From Azolla caroliniana (Eukaryota > Plantae > Polypodiophyta), in the NCBI GenBank assembly GCA_043228905.1, contig JBHGNT010000001.1, forward strand, positions 7,378,001 to 7,442,000: a DNA stretch of 64,000 nucleotides, in the 5' to 3' direction. Below the pieces are notes generated by a model that saw nothing but the letters and a program-made list of their open reading frames with translations, searched no databases and had not been told where the DNA came from. Each line of letters opens with the position of its first letter. The stretch's first letter is position 1. Made by a program: the position numbers and the translations under genes. Below, one piece after another: positions 13,720-25,803 of this stretch.

Positions 13720-16700
13720 AAATGGGGCATGGGACCACAAGGGCCTTGGACCAAGAGTACTATGGCAAATTACGTAATGATGAGGATATTGATGACAACG
13801 ATGAGAATTCTGATCACGATTACAATGGTGGGGATGATGGCAAAGTCAATGAGGTGCCCACAATGATTACGAAGATGATATACCACAATGGTGATGATGA
13901 TGGGAAAGTCAATGAGGTGCCGACAATCATTATGAAGATGATACACCACAATGGTGATGATGGTCTCAAAGTCAATGAAGTGCCGACAATGATTACGAAG
14001 ATGATAATAAACCATATACCTATGATAGAAAAGAGACACTTTATATTAGAATTAAAAGATAAAATCAAAATCCATATCTCAATGAATGTTTTCAAGAGTA
14101 GAGATGGCTTAACCCCTTCTGTTCAAATTATGGATAGGCTCAAAGAAGAACCCTCCCCACCCCCCACCCCCCTCTCCAACTTCCAAGCCTTATGAACAGC
14201 CTTGAAGACCCCCTTAGAGAAAAAGCTTTCCCACAATCTTACAATAGGAAAAAGAAAAGTCCAAAGTTCTCTTAATTTTGCCTTACGCACTCTTTTATAG
14301 TAGCTTGGCATTTTTCTACTTCTACAAACTTAGTATTTGTTGTTGCTTAGTTCAATGTATTTAGTCAGCTCAACTCATGGTTTTCCTAAAAGTACTCTTT
14401 GGAAATTTTGGTTCCAAAGCCTCAAACCTACAACCCCTAATTGTTTTATGCTATATTCTTTTCCCCCATTAATCAACACCTTTCTTTTCCTTCTCCAAGG
14501 GGCCTTCTCTTTGTTCGTATTCTCAACTCTGTGAGAAACTAGTTATACATTTGTCTCCCTTTTTGCCCATGCCAAAACACGAGATCCACAACTACCAAAT
14601 GTGCACTCTATGGTCTTATTCTTCTTTTATTCCCCTAGCTCTTCCCTATCCCATATGATTTGTTCTTCACCTTTTATATGCCCATTTCGTCCACCAAAAC
14701 CATATGAACCCACACCCCACCCATTAGGTGTTTCCATAGCTAACAAAGTTGTCGAGTGCTACCAGTAAAGCAATACCATAACCATTGGATCCATACGGTA
14801 AATAGCAATGTTCACCTAACCCTACTCGTACTCTTCCAAAAAGAAGTTAGGCGGGTTGGCCGGAGCTAGCCAATTTGCTATCATTCCAAATTGTCAATGA
14901 GACAATGACATTCCAATGAAGTGGTTCTCATCATCTAGAAGAACCTACTTGATGAACCAATTCATCATTCTCCTAATTGATTATCTTGATATGATGAATT
15001 GGGTACAACTGATCATTCAAATTATACCCATTCCCATTTCTTCATTGGTTTACATTTACATTCTTCTCTTCCTCACTCTTGAGTTTTTCATCTTCTCTCT
15101 CTACCTTTCCCTTTTTTTATCCCTTGTTCCCTCTCCTTTTCTTCTACACTTAAATTCATGGTTTTGCTATAGCTGTTTTTATTGTTATGGTTCTCGACAC
15201 TGTAGAGAATTCTGAGGTTTCCATGAGCAATACAATCCTTGCCTAGTGTATGATGATCACCCCAAATTTGACGTCTTCATTGTTAGGCATATTTACACAA
15301 CCATGAGGTATTGGGGTCATCACCTTTGCCAATTGGCTCATCCACATTCCTTGCCTCATCTGCGATGACCAACCCAATTCCGAGGTTGTCATCATTAGGT
15401 GTAGACAACTACGAGGTCCCTAGTCCTACCTCCAATTTTGAGGTTATTTGAGTGTGAATGTGAAATGGGGAGCGGAACCAAAGCCTTGCATTAGGAGACA
15501 TGACACATTACATTATGATGAATTATTAGATGAGCGAGATGGAGATGGATCATGACGAGACAAATTCAATGAGGTTTTCATGATGATGGTCCCTTTGTTA
15601 GTGACAAGAAAGATGATAACAATGACACTAATTATGATGAAGTAGATGACAATGTTGACGAATGGTGATTATGACATTGGTGATGAAGATAATCACGAAA
15701 ATGATGATGATTACGATGATGATGATGGCGTTAATGACAATGGCATACCACTATACTATGATAATAAAGAGACATTTTGCATTCATTAGAATAAAAAGAC
15801 GGAAATATTGGAATTCATGTTTCTATCATATATTGGCTGATTTGAAGAATAAGAGTCTCTTAACCCCTTCATTTAGATTATACAATAGAAGATGATGTAG
15901 AATAAGAAAAACAAAACAAACTATTTTATAAATAGCCTAGAGGACCACATTGAAAAATGCAAACTCTTTCAAACTTAGAAGTTAGAAAAAAAACTCCCAC
16001 AATTTTATAAACAAAAGCTCTCTTAATATTATTGCCTTTAAGACTTTTTTACAATAGCTTGGACGTTCTCCATTTCCCCCAACGTAGCATTTGCTATTCT
16101 TATAAAAAAAAATATTTTCGACTTCCCAAAACCATTTGCTTTAGCCACTTAAGTTACTACATGGTGTTACATCTTTTTTCTCCCAACTTGTATTATTTAT
16201 TTGAGTTCAATAAGCATTTACACATTACTTCACTAGACACAAAATTTTCAAATCATGTCTCTATTGGTACAAGTTCTTAGCCTCATGGATCAATAGGTCT
16301 GGTGTCTATTAGTGGTGATTCACCTATTAGTGTAGGAGTTGGTTTATTTGTATTGCCAATTGGGCTATTGGTTTGCCCGACATTGCCTTTTAATTTTGGG
16401 CAAGGTAGGAGTAATGGGTGTCATCGGCTATAGTTTTGCTAAATCCCACTAGTCTTGGAGTGTTGAACTCAACTATGTTGAAGTTCTCAATTACCTCAAA
16501 TTGTGCTCGCTTAATGGTGTGATTTTATAATGTTACCTCTCATGTTACGTCCTTTAAAACCTCTTCTAGGTTAAGCTACCAACTTCTTCATTGGAATCGT
16601 AAAATTGCTCCTACAATTGATTACAATGTTTGTTGAAGTGGAAGTTTGGCAAGATGGAATGTTGTGTTTTCAACTATTGAGGAGATTGTTGATCACTCTT

Positions 16701-17000
16701 TAGTGTCATGTTTTCTGCATGACCTCTCATATAAGTGGGTGTCATAAGTGTGTTGCTTATCATCTCTTGAGGACAAGTTATCATTACCTTCATGATTACA
16801 TTTGGGGATGCAAAGTCATAGTCCTAGCATACTTTTCCTTGAATTTTCTTCTTAAATTACTTTATGCTTCATACCATAGTTTCTATGTCGTCAATGGCAT
16901 TCAATTGTCATTTGGAAGGTCCTCCTATTTAGATCCAAAATTGTTAATACGTTATAAGTTTCAACTATAAGATTTTCAAGATTGTTACGTTGTGAGCCTA
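13720..17000 (-). mobile_element. Heavily degraded LTR-retrotransposon region (two related LTR-like blocks plus gag-like remnants)
   Basis: Blocks 13720-14350 and 15460-16200 share the ordered motifs aaatgggg, a GAT-rich tract, aaagagaca.ttt, attagaat.aaa and cttaaccccttc. Weak zinc-knuckle-like remnants lie on the minus strand near 14680 and 16420. Confidence 0.45.
13822..14010. repeat. 63-bp minisatellite x3
   Basis: Unit caatggtgatgatgatgg.aaagtcaatgaggtgcc.acaat.attacgaagatgata.accac, which reads NGDDDGKVNEVPTMITKMIYH in one frame. Confidence 0.9.
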
Positions 17001-19783
17001 AATACATACACAAATATTGCTTAATTGGCAAGAATGTGTAATGTCTAATATATTGTACAAAAAAGTAACACTTTCACATTGTGTTATAATATATGATGCA
17101 TTGTATCTAATTGTTTTCTAGAGTGTTTACTTATATTATGATGTGTGTGTTACCTTTGCCTCATGGTTTTAATCCTACGTGTTATTCTCATTTGGATTAT
17201 TACATCTGAGATTGGGAATTAGTGAAATTATCAAAACATCCAATTTTGCATAGTACATAATAAGGATATACAAATTATTCAAATATAATTTGCAATTTGA
17301 GCCTACCTGGATTTCATAAACATGTCAATTACATTCTTAGAGTCAATAAATCACATCTCAATCTTTATTGACATTCTCCATCAACATCATTTCACCATAT
17401 TTTATTTCCTAATGCACCAATCATTTGGCATGATTAAAATGGTGCCAATGTGGAATTAAATATGGTGAAATGTAGCAAGATGCGAAATGTGTAAGGCATG
17501 AATAGACCTTGATGGAGAATGTCCATAAGGAAGTAGATGTCACTTATTGATTACAAATATAAGATTTACTTGGCATATGATAAAAATGGTAAGAAAAAAA
17601 GACGAATATGGGTACATTCCAATCATTAAACATATCATATTTGTATAGTATCATCATAACAACAATGATACAAATTACAATGAATAGAACACATACACAC
17701 ATGTATATAAATGTCACGACTCATGATCAGATACGATCTCATCACTGCGAGTCATATCTCATCAAAATATGCCTATAAGAATGTACCTTTATAATACCTT
17801 GTAATAAATCATTACATAATATTAGGTTCTATTATACATATAAAGCAAGTTGCCCTTTAGAGTTGAGGAGAGAGAGTCTCTCATGAGATATCATATAGGA
17901 AATATCAAACCATGAAATGACTTTAAGGGATGTGATGCCATATATTAATAAGGAATATGAGATTTACATGGTACATGGCATAGAAATGTTGAGATATGCA
18001 CATGTCATGTGCAGGCACACAACATTCACTATATGTCAAACTTGGGTTTAATGTAAGCTATGGTGTCATCATTATACACGTGGTCTGCATGTTACCTTAC
18101 AATTCATGTACAATGGCAAATGCTAAGAAAGTGAATGTGTATCCCTCTACATAACTCTTTGTCTTTTCTTTGTTGATAAAGTATGGTATTTCTTCAAGAG
18201 ATAAACTAGTTATAAAAATTTTGTTGGCTTTCTAGCAATGAAAGATGGATAGAAATGGCAATGCCACTATGTAGTGAGAGAGACAGAGAGATTAATAAAT
18301 GATGGAAATGAAAGATTAGGATAGAGAACAAACAACAGCCTTATCCTTGGGATATTCGTTTCAAAAGTTTGATCAATGTTCAGATGTTGAGGTCCCTGGG
18401 TTTACCCAAATCTTAGGATTAAGTTAAAAACTCAAAATGCTCATACTCGTCCACAAGACTCTACCTTTCAAATATCAAATGGGAGGCTTTTCTTTGATAC
18501 AAGGGTCTGCTAAAATAGGAAAAGGCATCCCATCCGTAATGCACCACCGTAGTGGATCATTGTGAAAATCCTTACATGGAATTTCAAAAGAAAAAGAAAA
18601 GAAATTACGAATTTCAGTCCAAAAAAACAACCATGCCTCCTAGCACCACTCGGCAATCACAACAATCTATTTGCTTTTTTTAATGTTCCGTTAAGCTTAT
18701 AAACTTATCTTGATGAAAAGAAAAATTCCCTTTGTCCACATCATTCCTTTATGGTCTTTTTTATGGAACCATGCCCACTTTATTAGTTATTGTAAAACAG
18801 GGATGTCTTGATCATGTCTTGATAAGTTGATCAGTTGCTACAATTCAAACAGTTGACAAAAACAAAAAGAACATCTCATAACTCGCAATCTAAATCTCTA
18901 CAGTTGATTTATAATGACAATTACTAAAACTCATATGCAGAAAGGATATAATCTATAAGATTGGATTTCCACAATTAGGATCCATGTTTTGTTTATTATT
19001 ACTTCTTTAAGGTAGTGGACAAATATCCCTCCCCTCATCATGTCACACATAATGACACAACTTGATGTTTCGATGAATAAAATGTGTGTTTTCACAACAA
19101 TAAGTTATGTCGTAGCAAGAAGGATCACCGCAAGATGATCTACTTTGATAAAAGTTCCATATGCACACATTACGATGTTCTAGGCTTAAAAGAGCTCAAA
19201 TAATGTGGCCAAGAACGACGGAGGTGCCAATTTGTTACACAAAAATATTCACAAACTGACAGAAAAAGATAATAAATGCATATATGCTACACATGTGACA
19301 CCACACAATAAGTGCACAATGACATCATGTGCATATTTAGGGGAAGATAATGGAATATTTTGTCTCATTTGGTAGATATTGTTTGCATATCTGACTTGAA
19401 TCCATCATTTATCATTCCTTGCACACTAGTAAATGTGTCAACCGTTATAATGTGATCAACTTGTAGCCCAACACATACTACATGTGTGCTATAGTCTCCT
19501 AACACCACGTATTGGAGATACACTTCGTTAAGTTATATTGCGTTTACTAAGGCCCTAACGACATTTTGAGCTCCAAAATTAACAATGGAAGTCTTTTATG
19601 TTGAAACGGGATAGGATAATTGACAACCAAATGTTGATACAACACCATCCCAAAACATGAGCATACTAATAGTTCAACGTAGGTATTTGTCACGACATTG
19701 TTTTGACATACATAACAAATATCCATAACATGTGGGTATAAATGATTGTGTGCGTAACATAATTGTGTTGAGTGCATATGTCA

Positions 19784-19826
<43 letters not shown>
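19784..19826. repeat. Compound (CT)n(CA)n microsatellite
   Basis: Direct reading of the sequence. Confidence 0.95.
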
Positions 19827-20346
19827 TAGTACAGTGTGAAAGAATCCATGTCTTTTCTGACAAATACAACTTTCTAGAATCGGAGCAATTATAAGGCAAA
19901 GTGTAATGAAACGACAAAGGATGTGAAATCTTTGAGGTTGAACTTGCACCACCCAAGGTGGAATATACACTATACGTCTAAAAAAGGAACTTATTGTCAA
20001 GAAGAAAATATAGAAAACACGAGGAATGGAATTGAGAAGGTGGGAAGAGAAGGGAAGAGAAAGTTATGTTGTACCTTATTGGACGAGAAAGTGCAAGTGT
20101 AGTTTTTGACAAGGCATGGGCATGGGCCAATGGCCATGTGGGGTGGAAGTGGGATTATACCCTTCACAAGCACATGGCAAAGGTACAAAAGTTAGTTGTG
20201 GAAGGCAAGGAGACACCTTTTTCCTCATCATTTGAGGTAAGTGGATAGTAGAGCGAGGAATTTATATAAATAGAGGGTAGTTCAAAGAAAGTGAATAAGG
20301 CAAAGAGCTTATAAATAGAGAGTCTCAAAAGAGGTAGTATTTGTGA

Positions 20347-20400
20347 TAGAGAGAGAGAGAGAGAGAGAGACAAGGGGCTGGGGCGGTTTGCTATAAGGAA
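20347..20400 (+). promoter_or_regulatory. GA tract plus TATA-like element upstream of Ub-like paralogue 2
   Basis: (GA)n at 20348-20370 and 'ctataagg' at 20391, about 35 nt before the ATG-bearing first exon. Function is inferred only. Confidence 0.35.
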
Positions 20401-20427
20401 GAGGAGAGAAGTTTTTTACCTACAAAG

Positions 20428-22567
20428 ATGGTGAGGTGTTTATTAGATGTTTGTCATTCAATATCAAACAAAACATTCTCAATGTTTGTTGGGTATTCAC
20501 TAGAATACACCTAAATTTCCAAGAATTACCAATTTTGAGAGAGGAAGGTTGTTTTGGTAAATCTTGAAACTTTAGGTTATTATTTGGCCCAACAAGATGT
20601 TCACTATTAGTATTTACTATGTTGCTTTTAGCATGAGATGCGCGTGTGCACGCACGCGTGTGTGTATGTTAGCTTTTCTTATTAAGTTATTACATAGAGA
20701 GAGTCTATAAAGAGAACTTAGGAGTGTGTTATGTGCTTACTTTATTTTTCAGGCCATGTATATACGTGTCAAGAGGAAGAAGACAACATATTTTGTGCAG
20801 TGCAATCCTTGGGATGACGTGAAGCAAATCAAAGTGAAGCTCCAAACTCTAACTGATAATCTCGTGAGGAACCAACGGTTGATTCTCATGGATTCACACC
20901 ATGTGCTCGACGACCACAAGACCCTCTCACAACAACATGTAAGTTAATTACCCAGTTCCATAGTCTTCAAGTGCCTCACTTTTAGCACTTTTCCATTGTC
21001 CTTGCAAGCTCATCCTCTCTCTTAGGACCCTCCCACAAGTATATTTCTTGCACTTTACTTCTAATCTTGACTTTACGTCTTGAACTCTTTCCACCATGGA
21101 ATGAGACTAGGAGAACCTCTATCCTAAGTTCTAACTAGAACCCATGATTTCTATCTTATATTAGTGATAAGCCAAGATTTTACTAACATTCATAGTTGGG
21201 GTTTAAGTCTCACTATGTATACTAAAATAACCAACCATATGGCCCTAGGGAATGTAGAGGTTGAATGCATGGCTTTCATCTCTTCACCAAGCAACCTTAC
21301 CAACTAACACACAAAACCTCTCTCTCCCTCTCTGTCTTATGGGCCAAATCTAGTCTTAGAAGACGTTAATATCTCTCTCTAATAAAACAAAAAGAAAAAA
21401 AATATCCCTCTCTCTCATTCTCTCTCTAGTGAATTCCCTCATACTTGCACATCCTCTTGCTCTCTCTCATGTGTATGTCTCTATCTCTAAGGAATTTAGG
21501 ATGATCTTGTGGAGAAAGATGAAAGTTAACACAACACAATCACAATACATGGGTTTGATTCCTTCACACTTGCACATCCTCTCTTTCTCTCTCATACATG
21601 TCTATCTTTTGTTTGGCAACTATTAATGTATGTATTTGTTGTCTCTAATGTGTTCATCTCTACCTCTATGCATTCCATGATGATGATGATGATGATGCAT
21701 GGAGAAGTCGGAAATGTAACACTAACACAATCACAACATTTAGAGTATTTGGATGATGAGGAATAGATTATACAAAACATTTTAGTCGACGACGTTGATG
21801 TCCATCTAATTGTAACACACCACAACTGACCCTAAAGGATGTGGATTATGTCACCAAAGATGAGTATATTGATAGAGATTGCTGATATAAAATAAATTTT
21901 CATTGATGAAGCTAGGTGTGTAGAGACCATTTGGATGAACACAAGAACGAAGTACAAGGGCAAACCTAAAGATAGGCCCATGTAGTTTTGAATTGTCATG
22001 AACAATGCATGTTTTACTACTAATCACAAACAGTGCACAAGTAAGATTAGTTTTGAGGAGAGTTCTAGGCTGCATAAAGCAAATCTTTCTCAAGAACAAT
22101 TCAAGTGGTCTATTTCTCTTGTTGATCATCTTAACTTTTTTCTTTGGTGTTTTTTAAAAGTGTGTACCTCACATTTTTTAACATGAATGCTTGTTATATT
22201 GTTATACATTTTTTAACAAGAATGCTCAATACATTATTTTATATTTTACAAAGAATCAAAAAAAAATTTAAGTCGAATTTGGTAACTTTCTAGTTCCATA
22301 TTAATGACTTAATCACATGAACCATATGTGTAGGTTGAGAACAATTCGATAATAGCGATGACTCTACGGAAAAGTAAGTTTCTTTAATAAGGAATAGTTG
22401 TTCGAAACTTTCATCAACCACTTGTAATATATAATGTATACTTTTGGCTTCCTTCTTTGAATCTAATTCATGTTTTTATTTATTTTTATTCATTTCCCTC
22501 AGGTAATGGAGAATGGGAAGAGATTGACATAGATAAAGCCAATGATAATGACTCTGATAGTAACTAG
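20428..22567 (+). CDS. Ubiquitin-like (Elongin-B-like) protein, paralogue 2, 97 aa
   Basis: Exons 20428-20430 (ATG|gtgagg), 20753-20938, 22334-22373, 22503-22567. Product MAMYIRVKRKKTTYFVQCNPWDDV...LSQQH|VENNSIIAMTLRK|SNGEWEEIDIDKANDNDSDSN*. Confidence 0.9.
21240..21330 (-). mobile_element. Degenerate copy of the tRNA-derived SINE-like repeat (intronic)
   Basis: Reverse complement 'gagagagg...ttagttggtaaggttgc...ttcaacctctacattcc' matches the copies at ~44170 and ~63150. Confidence 0.55.
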
Positions 22568-23199
22568 AATTATAAACTCAAAAAGATCCATTACTTTTTT
22601 ACTTCAATAATAGTAGTGCTAGCTGGGTTGAAAAAGCAATATTTGTAGCTAAATAGTGGATATTTATAGCCAACATGTATCCACAATTAAACATTTGAGT
22701 TAGTAGTGTGTACATAACTCTATTTGTAACAATATTTGAAGTGCTATTCGAATATTCGTAGTGATATTTACAGTAATGGGTGATAATTTGAAATGATATT
22801 TGCAGTGGTATATGTAAATGATATTCGAATCGTTATGCAGTCAAAAATGCTTATATATGTAATCTTTTCAACTTATACATCTTCTCATCGCCATTTTCTC
22901 CGTAAAGAAACAAACCCATATTCCTTGTTAAATGCTTCAATGTCAATACAATCAATTACGATAACCAAAAAACAATCATGGAATTCATAGTGATCATGCA
23001 TATCATCAATTGATGAAATTGATTTCATCCTAAATGTTTTTAAACTGTTCAAGCTGAGAATAAAACATTTTCTATAATCTAGTTTTACAACTATATGTTT
23101 AAAAAATGGCCATCTTAACACTAAATTGTTTTAAGCTTCAAATCAACAACATAGGTATCAAACTGATTTGCAAGCCATTCGGGCATTATTAGGCAAAAC

Positions 23200-24180
23200 C
23201 AGCTATAGTTGAGGATTTCTCCTCTTTAGCAAATTTCTTCTCTTTTGAGCTTTTTCAATCCTTGATCTTGCCCTAGATATTGTTCTATCCATTATAATGG
23301 TCATGCAGTTTTGTTGAAACCTAGAAATCAATCAAGACTCGAATAATGTTACATAATTGATATAGTCGAAATCATCATATCCATAAGATAAGTCGTTTAA
23401 ATTACTGGAACTTGTTTGTATATATCCAACATGGAGAGACTATCTTTCACAATGTATCATGTTGTTTTTTAAATAAATTCTTGTAACCTTTCATCCATTT
23501 TTGCTAGCTGATTTATGATTCTTCCCTGCCATTGTGGTGTTCTACACTTGGATTGAGAAAATATGATTGCTCCATTGCATCAAAGATCATTTTCATCAAG
23601 CAATCTTCGAGCTCCATTAAGGTCTTTTCTTTTTACCACATGCTTTTTATCACTTGCAACAAAGCATTTTGATGGAGAAGATCATTCCGAGGAAACTTTA
23701 TAGACAACATTTCCTCTGGCATATGGAACAGGGGGATGCTTTATCTGATAAGCTTCCAAAGAACCCAACAAGGATTCTGCAGTGAGACGCAAAGCTCAAC
23801 TTCGTGATGATTATGATGATACGTTGATATGATTAAATTTCAACATCCCTTTGTTTGTCCTCTGTACACTGATGGGGGATGAATAAATTCTTTGCTAATG
23901 CCAATGAAAACAGATGGGTAAAGAAACTTCATGGTTCTCACCATAGCCTCAGCAGAACCCCCAAATTTCAAGTGTCTTAGGAGCCAGAAAATCATATGGG
24001 TAGTAATGCCAAAATGGGAAAACACCCAAATAACCTTTAATCAGTCTTCACCTAATGTCCCCAGAGTTTTTGTTATCTCCCTCTGCATGCCCTTGGTCAA
24101 CCCCAGAAAGAGCAACTAAAATGTGCTATTTGAGCAATTATATGGTCAATTCATCCTGATTTTCTCTCTTTTGTGGTTGA
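23200..24180 (-). mobile_element. Probable LINE ORF2 3' remnant
   Basis: Minus-strand CWVLWKLIR near 23750-23775 (WxLWK motif). The rest is degraded. Confidence 0.4.
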
Positions 24181-25362
24181 ACAATCACACCATCTGGGAT
24201 ATAGCGGAACTCATCGGTTGTAGGAAAATATTTTCGCGCGATAGTATCGTTATATGAGCGTAGGCATAGTAACTTTAGGGTCTAATGAGGCCCAAAATTT
24301 CCCATTAGTTTGTGGACCTCATTTTTTACTTCTATACGAGTTTGAAGTTTTTGTAAAGCATTTAATTCAGGACTAAAAGATAGTCGGAGTTATATACATA
24401 TAACTACACACATCAGGGAACTGATTAAAGCTCAAGACAGACCCATTAGCAGACGTTATGACTAAAAGGAGGCCATGATCAATGTACATGCACATACGAG
24501 GTTGAATTTGTATATGTAGTGATAGTTACCTAGACTGTAGACCTACTTGCTTTTGCCAACCTCCCTAAACAAGTATGTGTTTACCTTCTATATGTAAGGA
24601 GCATCCAAATGTGGTTGCATGAAAACCCTACCTTTGACCTTAATTTCTTTAATCATGTCTAAACTCGTCATTGGTTATTCTAAATCCTGTCAATGTAGTT
24701 TTTTTAAAGAAGTGAAGCTTTTTAATGACCATTATATCTGCAACAAATCAATATACGTAATACATTAAGCATACAAGTGTGTTTAGTCTCTCACATAGTT
24801 CACTCCCTAATCTATAGTTGCTACTTGAAATTGTAGTACATACATCCTATCCTCACTGCATTACAAATTATTAACATTGTTTTATTACACCTCATGCGTC
24901 AATACTATTTTACAAATGACATTCTTTCATTTCTACTTTAGGAACAAGTAACATTGTTTTGTGTTCATGAATCTAAGCAACAATACATTGTTTCTTAGAA
25001 TTGTTCAGAGGTTCCAATTTCTCTTATATGATATATGAAGGCAATGCTTTCACATTGTGCTATAGCAAATAATCTCTTAAGAATATTCTTTGGCATTATT
25101 GATCATTACTGCATAATCTCTGGTTCCTAGATTGGGAATTAAATTCTTGCACATGGCAATCAACATCTTATTGAGTATTTCTTTTCCATTATTGATCATT
25201 AGTATGCAATCTCTCATCGAAAACTTTGTCTTATAAGTGGCAATAGCCAGCATCAAACCAACCCCCTCTGCAATTGATATCTAATGGGTCAATATTGGCC
25301 TCTATGGGCACTAAAAAATATCTAATCTAATCTAATTGCATTAGCGAAAAATAATGTATACA

Positions 25363-25803
25363 TCAATAGTTGGCATCACAAATACATATGCCATCCTCAA
25401 AAATATGAATATGGTTAGCTGCATTCACTAGAATCCTTCGCTTTTCAATCATCGATATAAGCAAGATGGTTGAGTGGCACTTGTCACAAATCCGCATGTC
25501 CTTGGTCACATGTATAGGCCCTTGCCTTCATGTGTATGAATCAACACATATGCCATTGAAAGCTTGTCATTATGCCCACACACCATATTTTCATCTAATA
25601 CCATTTCTGGCAACCAATGCAGGTACTGGGAATCATCCCTTTGTAATAGTTTTCGATGGATTTCACCTATTTTTGCATATATATGAGTGTGGTTCTTATC
25701 ATCCAACCCATCAAATGAATGCACATTCCTACTAGGCTCTAGCATCAATCCACCAACCTTGCCCAGATACCATCCGTGCTTTATTCTTTGCTTTCAAACA
25801 TTT
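25363..25803 (-). pseudogene. Frameshifted E+/DYW (DYW:WW-type) deaminase domain directly downstream of the PPR stop codon
   Basis: After removing three indels: KCLKAKNKARMVSGQGWWIDA/RNVHSFDGLDDKNHTHIYAKIGEIHRKL...VCGHNDKLSMAYVLIHTHEGK/PIHVTKDMRICDKCHSTILLISMIEKRRILVNAANHIHIFEDGICICDANY*. It has a PG-box-like GQGWW, HxD in place of HxE, CxxCH and a terminal H.F.DG.C.C. Confidence 0.9.

Noticed and set aside
13722-14195. 157-aa ORF with 21-aa repeats
   Set aside because: The open frame is explained by a 63-bp minisatellite in TE-like DNA, with no recognisable domain.
18340-18800. Possible LINE ORF1 remnant
   Set aside because: Only vague motif resemblance, too degraded to call.
25363-25803. 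DYW:KP (putative U-to-C editing) domain
   Set aside because: The PG-box region reads SGQGWWID (WW type), not KPAxAxIE, and the C-terminus is not GRP/DRH-like.
25363-25803. Rescue of the DYW domain by splicing or programmed frameshifting
   Set aside because: There are three separate indels with collinear homology between them and no room for introns, and the catalytic Glu is replaced anyway.
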